Positions 12,201 through 29,077 are shown, numbered from the stretch's first letter. The stretch is DNA of 64,000 bases from Eledone cirrhosa (GCA_964016885.1 OZ024740.1:90582001-90646000); one strand, 5' to 3'. Program-made: numbers and translations. Notes: a model not told the origin generated them from the letters alone.

Positions 12201-13165
12201 CGACAACTTTTATGACTTCAACTGAAGTTAATAGCAGTCGCCGTGTCTCTGGTCAAGTTAGAAAGAATGTGATTAGTTGCTTACGGCAGGTAGGCTTGTT
12301 GCAAGAAAGCGCAGCCAAATTTCGCCCAATTGTATCTCAACCTTACTCTAAGAGGCCGCTTTCAGTTATTTGTCGGAAATTTCTTCATAAGAGCCTTTAT
12401 TCTTATAGCTTGGTCTAATTGATTTTTTATATGGTTAATTATGCTAATTGGGAGAGGAAATGGTATATATTTTATCTAATAATTCTAAGGACATGATTTA
12501 TGATATATTGCTCTGATTATTTAATTTACTAATTCTTCATAGACCCACAACGTGACCGATTGCAACATATATATCTATGACTTTATGTTTACGTATATGT
12601 AAACCTTTATATTTAATAATCTCCCGTTAGGTTGATATACAATTGGGCGATAATAGGCTGCGCTTACTAGCAACAAGCCTACCCGTCGTAAGCAACTAAT
12701 CACATTCTTTCCAACTTGACTAAAGCCACGACACGATTCTTAGCCATTTTTTTATCTATTTTTGGCGCGATCACTTTGGAAAACTAAATGTCTAATTTTG
12801 AGTTTGTCTCCTGATGAATCCGATACTCCTGACATATCCTATTAATTGGATGTCTAAAAATACGGATGAAACCATGGTAGAGATATAATTACGGTATGCA
12901 AACGTTTCTTCTAAGTTTGAATTTGCACCTAATTGTGTATGATTGATGATATATTTAGTCAGTTTCTACACGGTGTCGAAATGTTCGATAAATACTCTAT
13001 TGGGGCCACCGCGAAGAGTACGCTTTCGATTATTTGTCGGAAATATCTTCATAAGAGCCTTTATTCGTATAGCTTGGTCTAATTGATTTTTTATATGGTT
13101 AATTAAGCTAATTGGGAGAGGAAATGTTATATATTTTATCTAATAATTCTAAGCACATGATTTAT

Positions 13166-13168
<3 letters not shown>
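9210..13168 (+). mobile_element. 5'-truncated Naiad-like PLE: RT C-terminus, linker, GIY-YIG (to about 10890), then a long rearranged 3' region
   Basis: Motifs VNFLDVTLNL..PYHKPN..YVNAKSNHP, KVMWYNPPYS..FPRSHRYYKIFNRYTIKLSYS, CKCRSTTTCPMGGKCLTKNIVY..YAGAT..FK..WYNH and CNLCIAE..LINRRADLFSNCQH. Stops and frameshifts are present. The 3' boundary is uncertain. Confidence 0.85.
12805..12885 (+). ncRNA. Type I hammerhead ribozyme
   Basis: tgtctc-CUGAUGA-atccg...cggat-GAAA-ccatgg-UA-gagata, with a palindromic stem III. Confidence 0.85.
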
Positions 13169-13215
<47 letters not shown>

Positions 13216-13275
13216 AACCTGTAAGACCACGACGGCTGAGCTCAAGCCGTTTCGACGGCTAATTCTGGACTAAAT

Positions 13276-13351
13276 TACCCACTCTACTACCCTAAGTATT
13301 GAGTACTTTGGTGCGTTATGGTCCACCTGGTTCCTTACCACATTTCCTTCG

Positions 13352-13353
<2 letters not shown>
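13276..13353 (+). repeat. Dispersed element end of about 75 bp, always followed by TA (also 31972-32046 and 60669-60745)
   Basis: cactctactacc(c)taagtattgagtactttggtgcgttatg..ccacctggttccttaccacatttccttcgtta is seen three times. Confidence 0.85.
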
Positions 13354-13409
<56 letters not shown>

Positions 13410-13463
13410 TTGTATGTGTATGTATGGATATTTATGTGTATTCAGTTGTATGTGTATGTATGG

Positions 13464-13499
<36 letters not shown>

Positions 13500-13520
13500 A
13501 TATATATATATATATATATG

Positions 13521-13596
<76 letters not shown>

Positions 13597-13760
13597 TATA
13601 TGTGTGTGTGTATGTATATGTGTGTGTGCGTGTGTGCATGTGTGTTTATCTACTTTTATATTTATTCTTATTCCATTCCTTCTTCCTTTTTCAGCCTCAG
13701 TTTCATATAGATTATATATTTGTTTTTAAAATACACAGCCAATAAATACACCAGGATTTT

Positions 13761-13821
13761 TTTCATTCTGATGACAGAAAGCACATTTTGTTTGCTTTCA
13801 AGAAACCACTTGTAAATGAAA
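13761..13821 (+). ncRNA. Type I hammerhead ribozyme
   Basis: tttcatt-CUGAUGA-(ca)gaaagca..tgctttc(aa)-GAAA-ccacttg-UA-aatgaaa, with a 7-bp stem I. Confidence 0.75.
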
Positions 13822-13977
13822 TAATTATCTTATATTGTTTATTACATAACTAATAAGCTCTGTAACCTACATTGAGCACTCTTTTTTCCTGGACCTTTCC
13901 GACGGAATTACTTCATTCATACATGGCCTCATCCGGATGGTTGAAAGAGGTAAATGAGTAAAAGAGTAAAAGAGTAT

Positions 13978-15023
13978 ATAAAGAACTAATATATCTACCG
14001 ACATATGTATACAGATGCATACCTATGCGGGCAAATATATATGTTTTGTCTTAGTAACTTTGTGGTTCTATGCAGGGGGATGCAGAACAATTATATGAAA
14101 GACGTAAATAAGAAAGTTATGAAAATTGATTTACTTACTAAAATTTCACTCTAACTAATTAGTTTCTGTAAGGGGATAAACATAGTTACGTAATAACTAA
14201 AGAGAAGCCTTACGTCATCAGGGAGTATATTCTCAGCTAAGCTTCCGGGCAATGCGGGGACACCGGTAACTTATATCAAAATAATTCAGTGGATGGAAAA
14301 AAGCGAGCGGGGCTAGATTCCAAGCCACTGAAAAATTCACTGCCTTCTTGGTAAAGTGGCAAATTCAAAAGAATCAATCACGTGACACTGAGGTTAACCA
14401 GATTGGAGTGAGGGTGCTATTAAGACAGAACCTAGCGACTACTATCAGTCACAATAGTAATTTCGGCAAATTTTGCTCCACAAATAATTTGGAGATAATT
14501 ATAAAGAATTAATATATCTACCGACATATGTATACAGATGCATACCTATGCGGGCAAATATATATGTTTTGTCTTAGTAACTTTGTGGTTCTATGCAGGG
14601 GGATGCAGAACAATTATATGAAAGACGTAAATAAGAAAGTTATGAAAATTGACTTACTTACTAAAATTTCACTCCAACTAATTAGTTTCTGTAAGGGGAT
14701 AAATATAGTTACGTAATAACTATAGAGAAGTCTTACGTCATCAGGGAGTCTATTCTCAGCTAAGCTTCTAGGCAATGCGGGGACACTGGGAACTTATGTA
14801 AAAATAATTCAGTGGATGGAAAAAAGCGAGCGGGGCTAGATTCCAAGCCACTGAAAAATTCACTGCCTTATTGGTCAAGTGGCAAATTCAAAATAATCAA
14901 TCACGTGACACTGAGGTTAACCAGCTTGGAGTGGGGTTCTATTAAGACAGAGCCTAGCCACTACTATCAGTCACAGTAGTAATTTCGGCAAATTTTGTTC
15001 AACAAATAATTTGGCGATAATTA
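13978..15023 (-). repeat. Two tandem copies of a 523-bp HHR-containing unit
   Basis: 13978-14500 matches 14501-15023 at high identity. HHRs lie at 14148-14226 and 14671-14749. Confidence 0.92.
14671..14749 (-). ncRNA. Type I hammerhead ribozyme (sister copy at 14148-14226)
   Basis: Minus strand reads actcc-CUGAUGA-(c)gtaag...cttac(a)-GAAA-ctaattag-UU-ggagt, with a palindromic stem III. Confidence 0.82.
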
Positions 15024-15041
15024 TATATACATATATATATT

Positions 15042-15780
15042 TAAACGGAAAAAATGAAACGAAATTTCATTTCCCACTCTTAGAACGGCTGTTACTTAAA
15101 TATAAGTATGTACCCGTACATACATATATGTATACAGACGTACAGTAGTATGTATATATATATATATACATACATGCACACATATATATATGTACGTATG
15201 GATTCACCGAACATTTATTATAATGCTCGGTGTGTTTGTAAACAAACATCCCGTATTAAGCTGTAGTGTCTAGCAACCATTGTTGCTCGTTTGTTCAACA
15301 CTGACAAATGAACGCTGTACTAGTTTCAAGCTTATTATCTATCGTCAGCAACGTATACCTCCCTGCCAGATTGTTGAACGTATATACTTAACTTATGCAT
15401 ATTAACGGCTGAGTAGCCCAATTTGCATATCGAGTGGGTTAATCGGCCGGGTGCACCGAAAACGATAAACGGAAAAATAAAACGAAATTTCATTTCCCAC
15501 TCTTAGTACGGCTGTTACTTAAATATAAGTATGTAAACGTACATACATATAAGTATACAGACGTACATTAGTATGTTTATAATGTACATACATGCACAAA
15601 CATATATATATGTACGTATATATTCACCGAACATTTATTATAATGCTCGGTGTGTTTGTAAACAGACATCCAGTATTAAGCCGTAGTGTCTAGCAACCAT
15701 CATTGCTCGTTTGTTCAACACAGACAAAGGAACGCTGTACTAGTTTCAATCTTATTAGCTATCGTCAGCAACGTATACCT
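15042..15780 (-). repeat. Tandem HHR-containing repeat (1.75 copies of an approximately 420-bp unit); same family as 47498-48268
   Basis: 15042-15360 is repeated at 15466-15780 and bounded by TA tracts. Confidence 0.9.
15312..15354 (-). ncRNA. Minimal type I hammerhead ribozyme (copies at 15732-15774 and, mutated, 47764-47806)
   Basis: Minus-strand consensus acgttg-CUGACGA-tagct aata agctt-GAAA-ctag-UA-cagcgt. Each copy carries one stem II substitution. Confidence 0.8.
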
Positions 15781-15828
15781 ATATATATATATATCTATCT
15801 ATCTATAGATATATAGATATATATATAC

Positions 15829-15875
<47 letters not shown>

Positions 15876-15932
15876 CATATATACATATAAATATATATAT
15901 ATACATATATATATACATATATATATATATAC

Positions 15933-16045
<113 letters not shown>

Positions 16046-16060
16046 TATATATATATACAT

Positions 16061-16150
<90 letters not shown>

Positions 16151-16654
16151 ATATACATATACATATATATATACATATATGTATATATATATATATATAT
16201 ATAATTTTGATAACGTTGATACGTTTCGGGCAATATTGCCCCAGGCCATGTCTAACTTAATAGCAGCACCTGGCGAAATCATACGAATCAGTGTTTGTGC
16301 GCCATGGCCCACACGAGCTGAGAGTTATTGTTTATGGAGGCATATCCGGGTGTAGGAGGCTTATCCGGGATTTCTTGAAGGAATTCATCCAAAGACTTCA
16401 TGAACTTGATGGTGTCTGTCTCTGCTTTGATGTGTGTTGTTGTAATGTTGTAATGATGCAGGGGCAATTGAGGTGAAACAATTGTGCCGTATTGTCGCTA
16501 TGTGATGCGAGTGGGATTTTTGTCCTGGGCGGATAGCACGGGGTGCAAGCCTTGCGTGTACACTGAAGGTGATGCCGACATCATTTGGGCTAAGCTGATG
16601 GAATATTTTCCACATGATACAGATAATGTAGCGCTCAATACGACGTTGAAGAAA

Positions 16655-17240
16655 TTAAAGTTTGAGCTTCTCTAATCGACCCCAATAGTCAAGGCCTGCC
16701 ATGCCAACTATGTTTTTTGTAATTGACCTTTGAGGTGCTTCAACTTTCATGATACATTGTTTCGTATGGGGTGACCACAGTGGACAACAGTATTCAAGGT
16801 GGGGTCGGGCAAACGTGGAGAAGAGAAGGACAACAGTGTGGATATCTCTCGACTGGAAAGTTCTGAGAATCCAGGAACACATTCTGCGGGCCATATTTGC
16901 TGTTTATATGAGTGGCCCAGCTTATACTTTTGTCCACAATTGCTCCCAGGTCTCTGATGTAATTTGAAGCCACTAGAGTTTCACCCGAAGGAAGAGAGTA
17001 TGGTAGTTTCAGGGCTCCTTTTTCCCAAAGTGGATTAGTTCAAATTTATCCTCATCAACAGGATATTATTCATCTCTGTCCATTGGATAACAGACAGTAA
17101 TTCCGACTGAAGGCTAGCCCAGTCACCCACTTCATTGATGACCCTTTGGAGCTTGGAATCATCTGCGAAGATTCTGATATTGCTGTGTTTGATGATGTCA
17201 GTAATGTCATTAATGTAGATGATGAAAAGAAGTGGGACCA
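16655..17240 (-). mobile_element. CR1-type LINE reverse transcriptase C-terminal fragment
   Basis: PLLFIIYINDITDIIKHSNIRIFADDSKL and RPHLEYCCPLWSPHTKQCIMKVEAPQRSITK..LDYWGRLEKLKL. Confidence 0.88.
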
Positions 17241-17246
17241 ACACAA

Positions 17247-17819
17247 GTGTGTAAGCACACATATCTAGGTAGGTAACTAAATAAGTTAACTAGAACTTCA
17301 AAAATAGATACCTTATAATATGATTAATCATATTATAAGGTATCTATTTTTGTAAAAAAAATATCCCTGTGATTGTTTTATATGTTTATTATATGTTAAT
17401 CAATTTCTAGTTGATATAAAATGCTCGGACCTATTCATTAGAATATTGGAGCTTATTTTACGGGTGATAAGTTGCATGCCTTTCTGGCATGACACCCATA
17501 ATTTTGATTTACATTAAATTCACTTTGATTTATCTTAAATTTGGATATAGATATATAAATACGACTCCTTAATTGTAGAGCTATCTCTGTTGAAATGACT
17601 TGACTGCTGTTTACAGTTGTCGATAACCCTATTCACGCCACTGGGACGAAGCTGGTATGATGTGTGTATTTTTAGTAGATACAGCACGTGTTACTGGCCA
17701 TCGGTGATTTCAACTTAATGCGTAAACACAGATGTCTGGACTTCTTCCTTGTTGAAAATCAAAGTATCGGCCTCCGTGGTTTACCATTCGATTAATTGGT
17801 GAAATATATTTCTTTAATG

Positions 17820-17822
<3 letters not shown>
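17247..17822. repeat. Fold-back copy of the 2655-3487 repeat family
   Basis: 17247-17325 matches 2871-2952 directly, a perfect hairpin follows at about 17299-17352, and the rest is reverse-complement family sequence up to the TA tract. Confidence 0.75.
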
Positions 17823-17863
<41 letters not shown>

Positions 17864-17865
<2 letters not shown>

Positions 17866-17960
17866 TTATTAAAATAACAGATTAAAGTTTAAGCAAAGAG
17901 TTGCAGCTTTCACCCTTAACGATTCTTTGCTTAAACTTTAATCTGTTATTTTAATAAATA
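17864..17960. repeat. Short fold-back of a repeat end also found at 63018-63076
   Basis: Arms tatttattaaaataacagattaaagtttaagcaaaga / tctttgcttaaactttaatctgttattttaataaata. Confidence 0.85.
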
Positions 17961-18047
17961 TTTTCTCTACGGTTCTTATATATTTGATATATATTTATCC
18001 TTATCGAGCCCTCTTTGGATTTTAGTCTTCATATTTATTATTATTAC

Positions 18048-21372
<3,325 letters not shown>

Positions 21373-21395
21373 TTTATATATATATATATATATTA

Positions 21396-21468
<73 letters not shown>

Positions 21469-21473
21469 ATATG

Positions 21474-21615
<142 letters not shown>

Positions 21616-21667
21616 TGTGTGTATGTATATATATATATGTATGTGTATATATAAATATATATATATG

Positions 21668-21737
<70 letters not shown>

Positions 21738-21744
<7 letters not shown>

Positions 21745-24272
21745 GTGAGGTATTTTTTACAAAATGAAAAATAACCGAGGTGTCCTACACGAGTGAAAGT
21801 ATAAAGAAAAAGAGATGAAATCGAAAATGCAACTGGAGTCTTATTTTTTTTTTAAATATATATATTTATTTGGTTCCTTTACCGGTTTCGCAGTTCTTCT
21901 GCTTTTCAAAAGGTGAGTTGAGATGGAGTGTCTCTGGTTTTTCTCACATCTGGTTGGTCACTGAATGTTACTTGTTTTATATGGAAAAAGTGGCTCGAAA
22001 TGCCAGGTTTTTCGTGAAGTAATTTGATTGGTTTGTGAATAATTATAATAAATTTCGCGCCAGTTCGCGTTACAATAGTTCTTCAAATAAGAGGCGAGGT
22101 TGTCACAGGTTGTTTTTTCATATATGAGTGTTTGAATTTCTTTTTACTTGTAAAAAGGAGGCTCACGAAGGCTTTTTTTTTGGTTGGTTATAAATGAAAT
22201 TATGGCTGTCACGTGAGCAAATGCTCATAAAATGTTTGTGCCCTTATTTGGAAATCCATTCTGTAGCCTTTTTAGAGAATTTTTTTATGAGTGAAAGATA
22301 ATGGTCAAGAGAAAGAGATGGGAGAATTGTTCTGGTTCAGTGAATATAGTTAGTTCGCTGGGGTGTCAGAATTCAGATTATCTATTGAATAAAGAAAGTA
22401 AAGATATGTGTGTTTATTTGTGTGCTTGTGTGTGTGTGTGCGTGTGTGTGTGTGTGTGTGTGTTTGAATTTCTTTACTTTAAAAAAAGGTGGCTCACGTA
22501 GGCTTTTTTTTTTTTTTTTTTCTAAGAAACGTGATTTGATTGCTTATAAATGAGATTTGGCTGTCACGTGAACAAGATTTCATTACATTTTTGCGCCCTT
22601 ATTTGGAAAACTATTCTGTAGTCTTTATAGCGAATGTTATGACAATGGAACAATAGTGGTCAAGAGAAATGGGATTGGGAGAATCGTTCTGGTTCAGTGA
22701 ATATGGTTAGTTCGCTGGGGTGTCAGAGTTCAGATTTTCTATTGAAGTGAAGATATGTATGTTTATTTGTGTGCTTGTGTGTGTGTGCGTGTTTGTGTGT
22801 GTATTGGAAGATGATTCTATTAGTAGAAATGGGGGAGGGAGTTGTGTGTATGTGTATATGGGTGTTATGTGTGTGTGTGCGAGTATGTTAAGATGGAGAG
22901 AATATATATTTTGTGTGTGTGTATATATATGTGTGTAGGGAAGTGGTTCTATTAGTAGAAATGGGGAGGGTGTTGTAGATGTGGGGGTTGTTATGTGTGT
23001 GTATGGGTGTTATGTGTGTGGGAGTATGGTTAGCACGTTAAGATGAAGAGAATATATATATATATATATATTGTGTGTGTGTGTATGTGTGTGTGTGTAG
23101 GAAAGTGATTCCTTTAGTAGGAATATTTTTGAATGAGCATATTTTCCTTACTAATTCGTGTTTGCTGTTGTATTGTCAGTGTAAACGTATGTGAAGGTTT
23201 ATTTAGTTCGGGTTTTTATTTTCTATAGTAGAAGGTGTTATGTGTGTGTTTGTATGTCATATTATGGTGTTGACATAATGTATATTAAACCATATTTAAT
23301 GTTGGTCTATATTTTTGAATAAACATATTTTCCTTATTTATTCGCATTTGTTCTGTTGTATTGTTAGTGGCAAAGGTAAAATCGGAAGACTTTGAATTTG
23401 GGTGTATTATTACTTGCGCAAATGTCTAGATATGCACTTAGTGGTATCTGTCTCGTGGTTGGATCTCGTAATTGTTGGCGATGAACTGTCATTCTGTTTC
23501 TGAGTGTGAGTTTAGTTTGTCCTATATAATCTTCATTGCATCCTTTACATTTAATGGCATAAAATAGATTTTTTGATGAGCAAGTGAAGTGATTTTTTAC
23601 AGTAAAATTTTGTCCTGATTTAAATGTATACGTGTTGCCTTCAATGAGGTGAATGCAGGTTCCACAATTAGAGCGACCACATTTTTTTATACTTGGTTGT
23701 GGGTTTGTGGTAGGTAATTTGGCATTGGTGAGTAATGTTTTCAGTGATTTTGGTTGTCTTTTGCTTTTGATTTATCTTTCACTTATCAAAAATTTCTCTA
23801 AAAAGGCTACAGAATGGATTTCCAAATAAGGGCACAAAAATGTAATGAGAATTTGTTCACGTGACAGCCATAATTTCATTTATAACCAACCCCAAAAAAG
23901 CCTTCGTGAGCCTCTTTTTTTCAAGTAAAAAGAAATTCAAACACTCATATATGACAAAAATAACCTGTGACAACCCCCCCCCCTTCCTTCTTATTTGAAG
24001 AACTATTGTAACGCGAACTGGCGCGAGATTTATTATAATTATTGACAATCCAATCAAATTACTTCCCGAAAAACCTGGCATTTCGAGCCACTTTTTACAT
24101 ATAAAACAAGTAACATTCAGAGACCAAACAGATGTGAGAAAAACCACAGACCCTCCATCTCAACTCACCTTTTGAAAAGCAGAAGAACTGCAAAACCGGT
24201 AAAGGAACCAAATAAATATATATATTTAAAAAAAAAAAGACTCCCGTTGCATTTTCGATTTCATCTCTTTTT

Positions 24273-24277
<5 letters not shown>
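21738..24277 (-). mobile_element. 5'-truncated Neptune-like PLE (GIY-YIG about 23330-23770) with an inverted copy of its 3' end (23772-24277) at the truncation point
   Basis: Minus strand reads SKRQPKSLKTLLTNAKL..CGRSNCGTC..NLFYAIKCKGCNEDYIGQT..RMTVHRQQ. 23772-24277 is the reverse complement of 21798-22301. There is an internal duplication of 22130-22440 at 22460-22790. Confidence 0.92.
21876..21913 (-). ncRNA. U3-A8 variant hammerhead (inverted-arm copy at 24168-24205 + has GAAA>AAAA)
   Basis: Identical to 2542-2579. Confidence 0.8.
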
Positions 24278-24307
<30 letters not shown>

Positions 24308-26662
24308 TAGTTATAATACTATTTATAGTTATGTATACAGTATATACAACTATAAACAGAGAAGGTCACTAATTTATTACTACCTTATTATCAGTAACAA
24401 AAATAGCTCAATGTAAATACATTAGATGTTTTACGGACCAGGAATATAAATTACACAATAATCAATGTTATGTTCGAATCATTTTATTGCTAAAAATCAT
24501 TTCTTACAAACCTTCTTTTGCAGTCATCGGAGCACTAGCAATATTTGTACATATAGTTAACCTCCTACTCAGCTGAACAATCATGTAGACACATGGATAT
24601 TCATGCTGTCAAGAACAATTTCGTATTTACAGAGTGAAATGGGTGCGACATATATTACAAGAGAATTGTACAGTAATAAAAATAAAAAAAAACATAGAGT
24701 GGAATGCATGCGACAGATATCAAACAGACATTAAGGAAAAAAGTTACTCGCAAAACGAGGACATCAGCAGTACATATGCAAGCGTGTAGAGATGCATATG
24801 CGTTAGGCATATATAGGAAAGAGACAAGCTATGTTACTAGGCATATATAATTACTGTATGGCAAAGGTATGACAAAACAAATAACATAGGTTTACAAGCG
24901 TATCATGTAGGCAAAGGTGTTTGTGTATTACTATTAAGAGTTTATGGTGAATGTAATGCTATGATTGTTTCTGTTATGTTCAATTGTGTATATGCCGAGA
25001 GTATCACTGTTATTGCTATCTTTTCCATTACATTGTTTAAGTTCTATTTTAGTGAATGTTTTTAGTTAGTTGCAGCTATGGGTTGTTAGCGATTCTTCTA
25101 GCGGTTTAATTTCGGGAGGCGAGTTTGAAATTCATATTAGGGGGAGCTAATGCGAAAGGGGAGGTTTAAATTGTATATGAAAGCGATTAAATTGCATATG
25201 AAAATAAAAAGAAGGAACCATGGAAAAAAGGTATAGTTATTTACAGTTTCAATTAGTTACATTATTTATGCTAATATACCTTCTATTGTGTTACATGTGA
25301 ATCCCTTTTATATAATGTTATTTATTTATATTTAGTTTTAGATACATGATATTCTCCTATACTACATTAAAGGTCTCATTATATTGTTATCTATCCATTA
25401 CTGAATAAAATATAATATAATCTATAGGAGTCTATAGTAAAAATGTATAGTTGTTTACAGGTCCAACCAGTTAAATCCCTTGTGTTATTAATATACATTA
25501 CATTATGTTATAAGTGAATCCCTTATATTTAATATAATTTATTTTTCCATAATACATTAAATGTCTCATCATATTATTATCTTTCCATTACTGAATATAA
25601 TATCTGTAGTTATATTAAATGGTGGTAATTTTACTAGTATATAACAATGTCAGATCTGAATTCCTCACCAGCATTAACACTTCGCCTCTATAATTACCCC
25701 CATATCATCAATTTCTAGAATCAGCTCATTCCTCTACCTATCTCTTTTTTTTCTCAAACATTATACTCTTCAATAACTATTAGAAATAAACATAAAATTA
25801 CCATCATTTAATATGGGTTTAGAAATATGTAAATTCCCAATCACCGTACCAAGCGGTTTTGGCGTGGATGTTCAGCAAGCTTTTTAATGTTAGTAGAGAT
25901 TGTAATAATAAATCACTTATATTTATATTGGTCGAATTTCACTTAATTGTAAACTGGGCTGAGAGAACATGTGGAGCGGCAGAGAATGCTATGTGCATCT
26001 GGACACGCAAGGGTTCCGATGAAGGAAGAAGTGAGTTTAAGATAGAGGTTGGGGAGGTTTATGAGTAGGAATGGAGTAGGAGTATGGGTATAATGGTCAT
26101 AGAGATAGGCGGGAAGTGGGTAAGGGAAAAGACTATGTATAAACGGGGCTTAGGTGTTGAAAGAGTATTTTCAGGGAAGAACAAGAATTAAACATAGTAA
26201 CTGTGTTATACAGAAGTAAATAAAATAATACAATATGAAGTAAAGCCTAACGGTTTAAAAATATTTGAAGTGGATTATATTGGTTTGTAATTAATGATAA
26301 AATGTGTGCATTGTGTGTATGCATCGTGCATATACAAGCACATACAGGTATACTGGCTGTTTTGTTTATGAATGGCATGGATTTCGAGGTAAGGAGGTTA
26401 TACATGAAGTTGAACGGTAACTTTTAAATCTTCGTCAAAATCATCTGCACTAGGATCTCATATTTTTCGAAAAAGGCTATCTTTAACACAACAGCACCAT
26501 ACTACAACATTCATACTAATAACATATGTCTTGTCCAGTACAAGTCATTTCAATAATAAAAAGAATACAGCCATACTCAACTAACGCATTTAATAACATA
26601 TTTCGTAGTGGCTGCCTCCTGACATTCATAGTGATCCTACATAATACATAATTACACGCAGA

Positions 26663-26731
<69 letters not shown>

Positions 26732-27006
26732 TTATGTGTATGTGTTTGACATACACACGTACGTCAATAAATATATGAATAACAATCTTCGAAAATAAGG
26801 CATGACAGTTCAGGTTTCCGCTCACTTGATCTACCTACTCAATTAATTAAATGGAAAGGTGGATGAGTGTACGACGGACCTGTAAATGTTAGACATAATT
26901 TACAAATAAAATCAACATTATTAAGTGTGAGTAAGACATTATGTTCATACAAGACCAATCATAATGTTCATGGAGTGAGCTTCACTCGCAAGGATCAGAT
27001 CTATCC

Positions 27007-27187
27007 AATAATAATTGTTCCTACGTTTGGAGGCCAGACATTATCGTAGTGCATTACTGGAACTTTATTTCATCGACCCCGTAAGGATGAGAGGTAAAGT
27101 TAACCTCCGCGGGATTTGAACTCGGATCAGAAAGGGGCGGAGCTCTGTGCTGCAAAGCATAGCATTCGGCCCTCTACCGATACTGCC
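27007..27187 (-). mobile_element. tRNA-derived SINE, more diverged copy
   Basis: The reverse complement contains ggcagtatcggtagaggg, gagttcaaatcccgc and catccttacggggtcgat. Confidence 0.85.
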
Positions 27188-27835
27188 ATGAACAGTTTTT
27201 ACTAAATATATTGCATAATATGAAATCATGATTGCCAAACTAATTACTAATTAGACACTACATAAGACGCACACGTACAAATACACACATGCACAGAAAT
27301 ACAGATACTATTCACGCACTATATATAGATCCAGTGAGAGGCTTACAGAGAATACCATATTTTGCTATATTTTTCACCTTTATATTTTTCCCTATTTCTG
27401 TCTCCTATTATTGTTATCCTTGCTTCAAACATTTACCTCCGTGATTCATATTACATTTGTTGTTGTGATATTTGACACATTCTACATAAGATCATTACGA
27501 TGTAACATGAAATTTATTCTGACCTATATTAATATCAAAATATAAGTTGATAATTATATGGACAGTGATACTTATTAGAAAAAAATTTCTGGTCGAGATT
27601 TAATTAATCATTTCATTCCAAGACATAAAGCCATTAATGTCTTCTAGAAAAACAGAAAAAATGGTTGAAGAACAATGTCAAATGATATTGTTTCATATTC
27701 TCGAGCAAGGCTTACATGAAATTAAATTAAATACTGCTGGCATAGAATAACTTAATATCTAAGAGAAACTGACATATTATGTAGAGATTACTATGAATTA
27801 TATATAGAAATTATGAGTCGTGTATACATACATAC

Positions 27836-27928
<93 letters not shown>

Positions 27929-28202
27929 AATGTATGTATAGTATATATACAGTATGCTTAATTAAAAACATTTTGAAAACCATAAGCTATCAGTTTTAAA
28001 GTAGGGACTATGTCACTTACTTCTTTTCTTCGGCGAAAGAAGGGAGAGAAGCTAACAAACTGTCGATTTCATGCCGTTGGCGATCATTAGAGCAACTTAC
28101 TCCCGATTTCGCCGAAGATTATAGAAGCTGGATTCTTATAGAATTCCAGTAATAATCAGGAGCTGATTATAGAGAGCGATTGCCAGTCCAGCAAAAAATA
28201 GG

Positions 28203-28359
28203 TATTAGGATTGGTGCTCTGAAATAGCGATGTATACATGAATGTAAGTATAGTATATTTGGCAATATACTGTATATTGCCAAATACGCTATATTGCCAA
28301 ATATCCTATACATACATACATTCATGTATATATCGCTATTTCAGAGCACCAATCCTAAT
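28203..28359. repeat. Fold-back (arms of about 65 bp) ending in a TA tract
   Basis: tattaggattggtgctctgaaatagcgat... / ...atcgctatttcagagcaccaatcctaata. Confidence 0.85.
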
Positions 28360-29022
28360 ATATATATATACATATGTGTGCGTGTGTGTGTGTGTGAGTT
28401 TGCATGTGGCTGTGTGCTAGTGGTTGTGAACGTATGTGTTCTCCGGGATATGAATTGTTGACTTACAAAAACAATTTACATTTACTTTTATATATAATGA
28501 TTCTTCCCCTAACATGGATAAACTATATATTCGATTGCTACTGTCTTAAAGGTTAACAACAGGAACATGAAAATCAAATACAAAATGTATGATGTAATGT
28601 GTTTATTTAAATTGAGAGTTAACTTTCCCTATATCAGCAGTATATTTCAAATATGTTATCATTTGCAGACGCACTAACAAAAAAAATATATATATATGTA
28701 CAACTTCTTACATACAATGTGGATGTCATATAGCCAAATTATTTACCATTTTTCAGCCAATGTTTGTTGACTAAAACATAATGAGGTGATATCCCAGTAG
28801 GTTAGAGAAATGCTTGACTATGCCGTTGGATAAATAATTTCCTTAGATGCAGTAGAAAGTTATTTCGAATCTCCAGGGAAAGAGGAAAACTATTTTATAA
28901 ATAAATATATAAAAAAAAGAAAGAAATATTCTAAGCAAATTTGCTGCAAATCCTGAAGCATAAACAACCTATATATTTACATGCGCCTTCTGAGGCATGG
29001 CATATGTTTACACATATATGTA

Positions 29023-29077
<55 letters not shown>

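Noticed and set aside
24488-24534. Minus-strand tgct-ccgatga-ctgcaaa..tttgtaa-gaaa..agca about 190 bp from a TA tract
   Set aside because: Core U4>C and no stem III pairing. It is likely a dead HHR but cannot be supported from one copy.
27640-27785. Possible host exon (KMVEEQCQMILFHILEQGLHEIKLNTAGHRIT)
   Set aside because: An in-frame stop follows, and the peptide resembles a decayed RTE pre-YADD segment. It is too short to call.
28055-28100. Minus-strand ctaatga..gccaacggc..gaaa-tcga next to the 28203 fold-back
   Set aside because: The core is mutated and the cleavage triplet and stem I are unclear.
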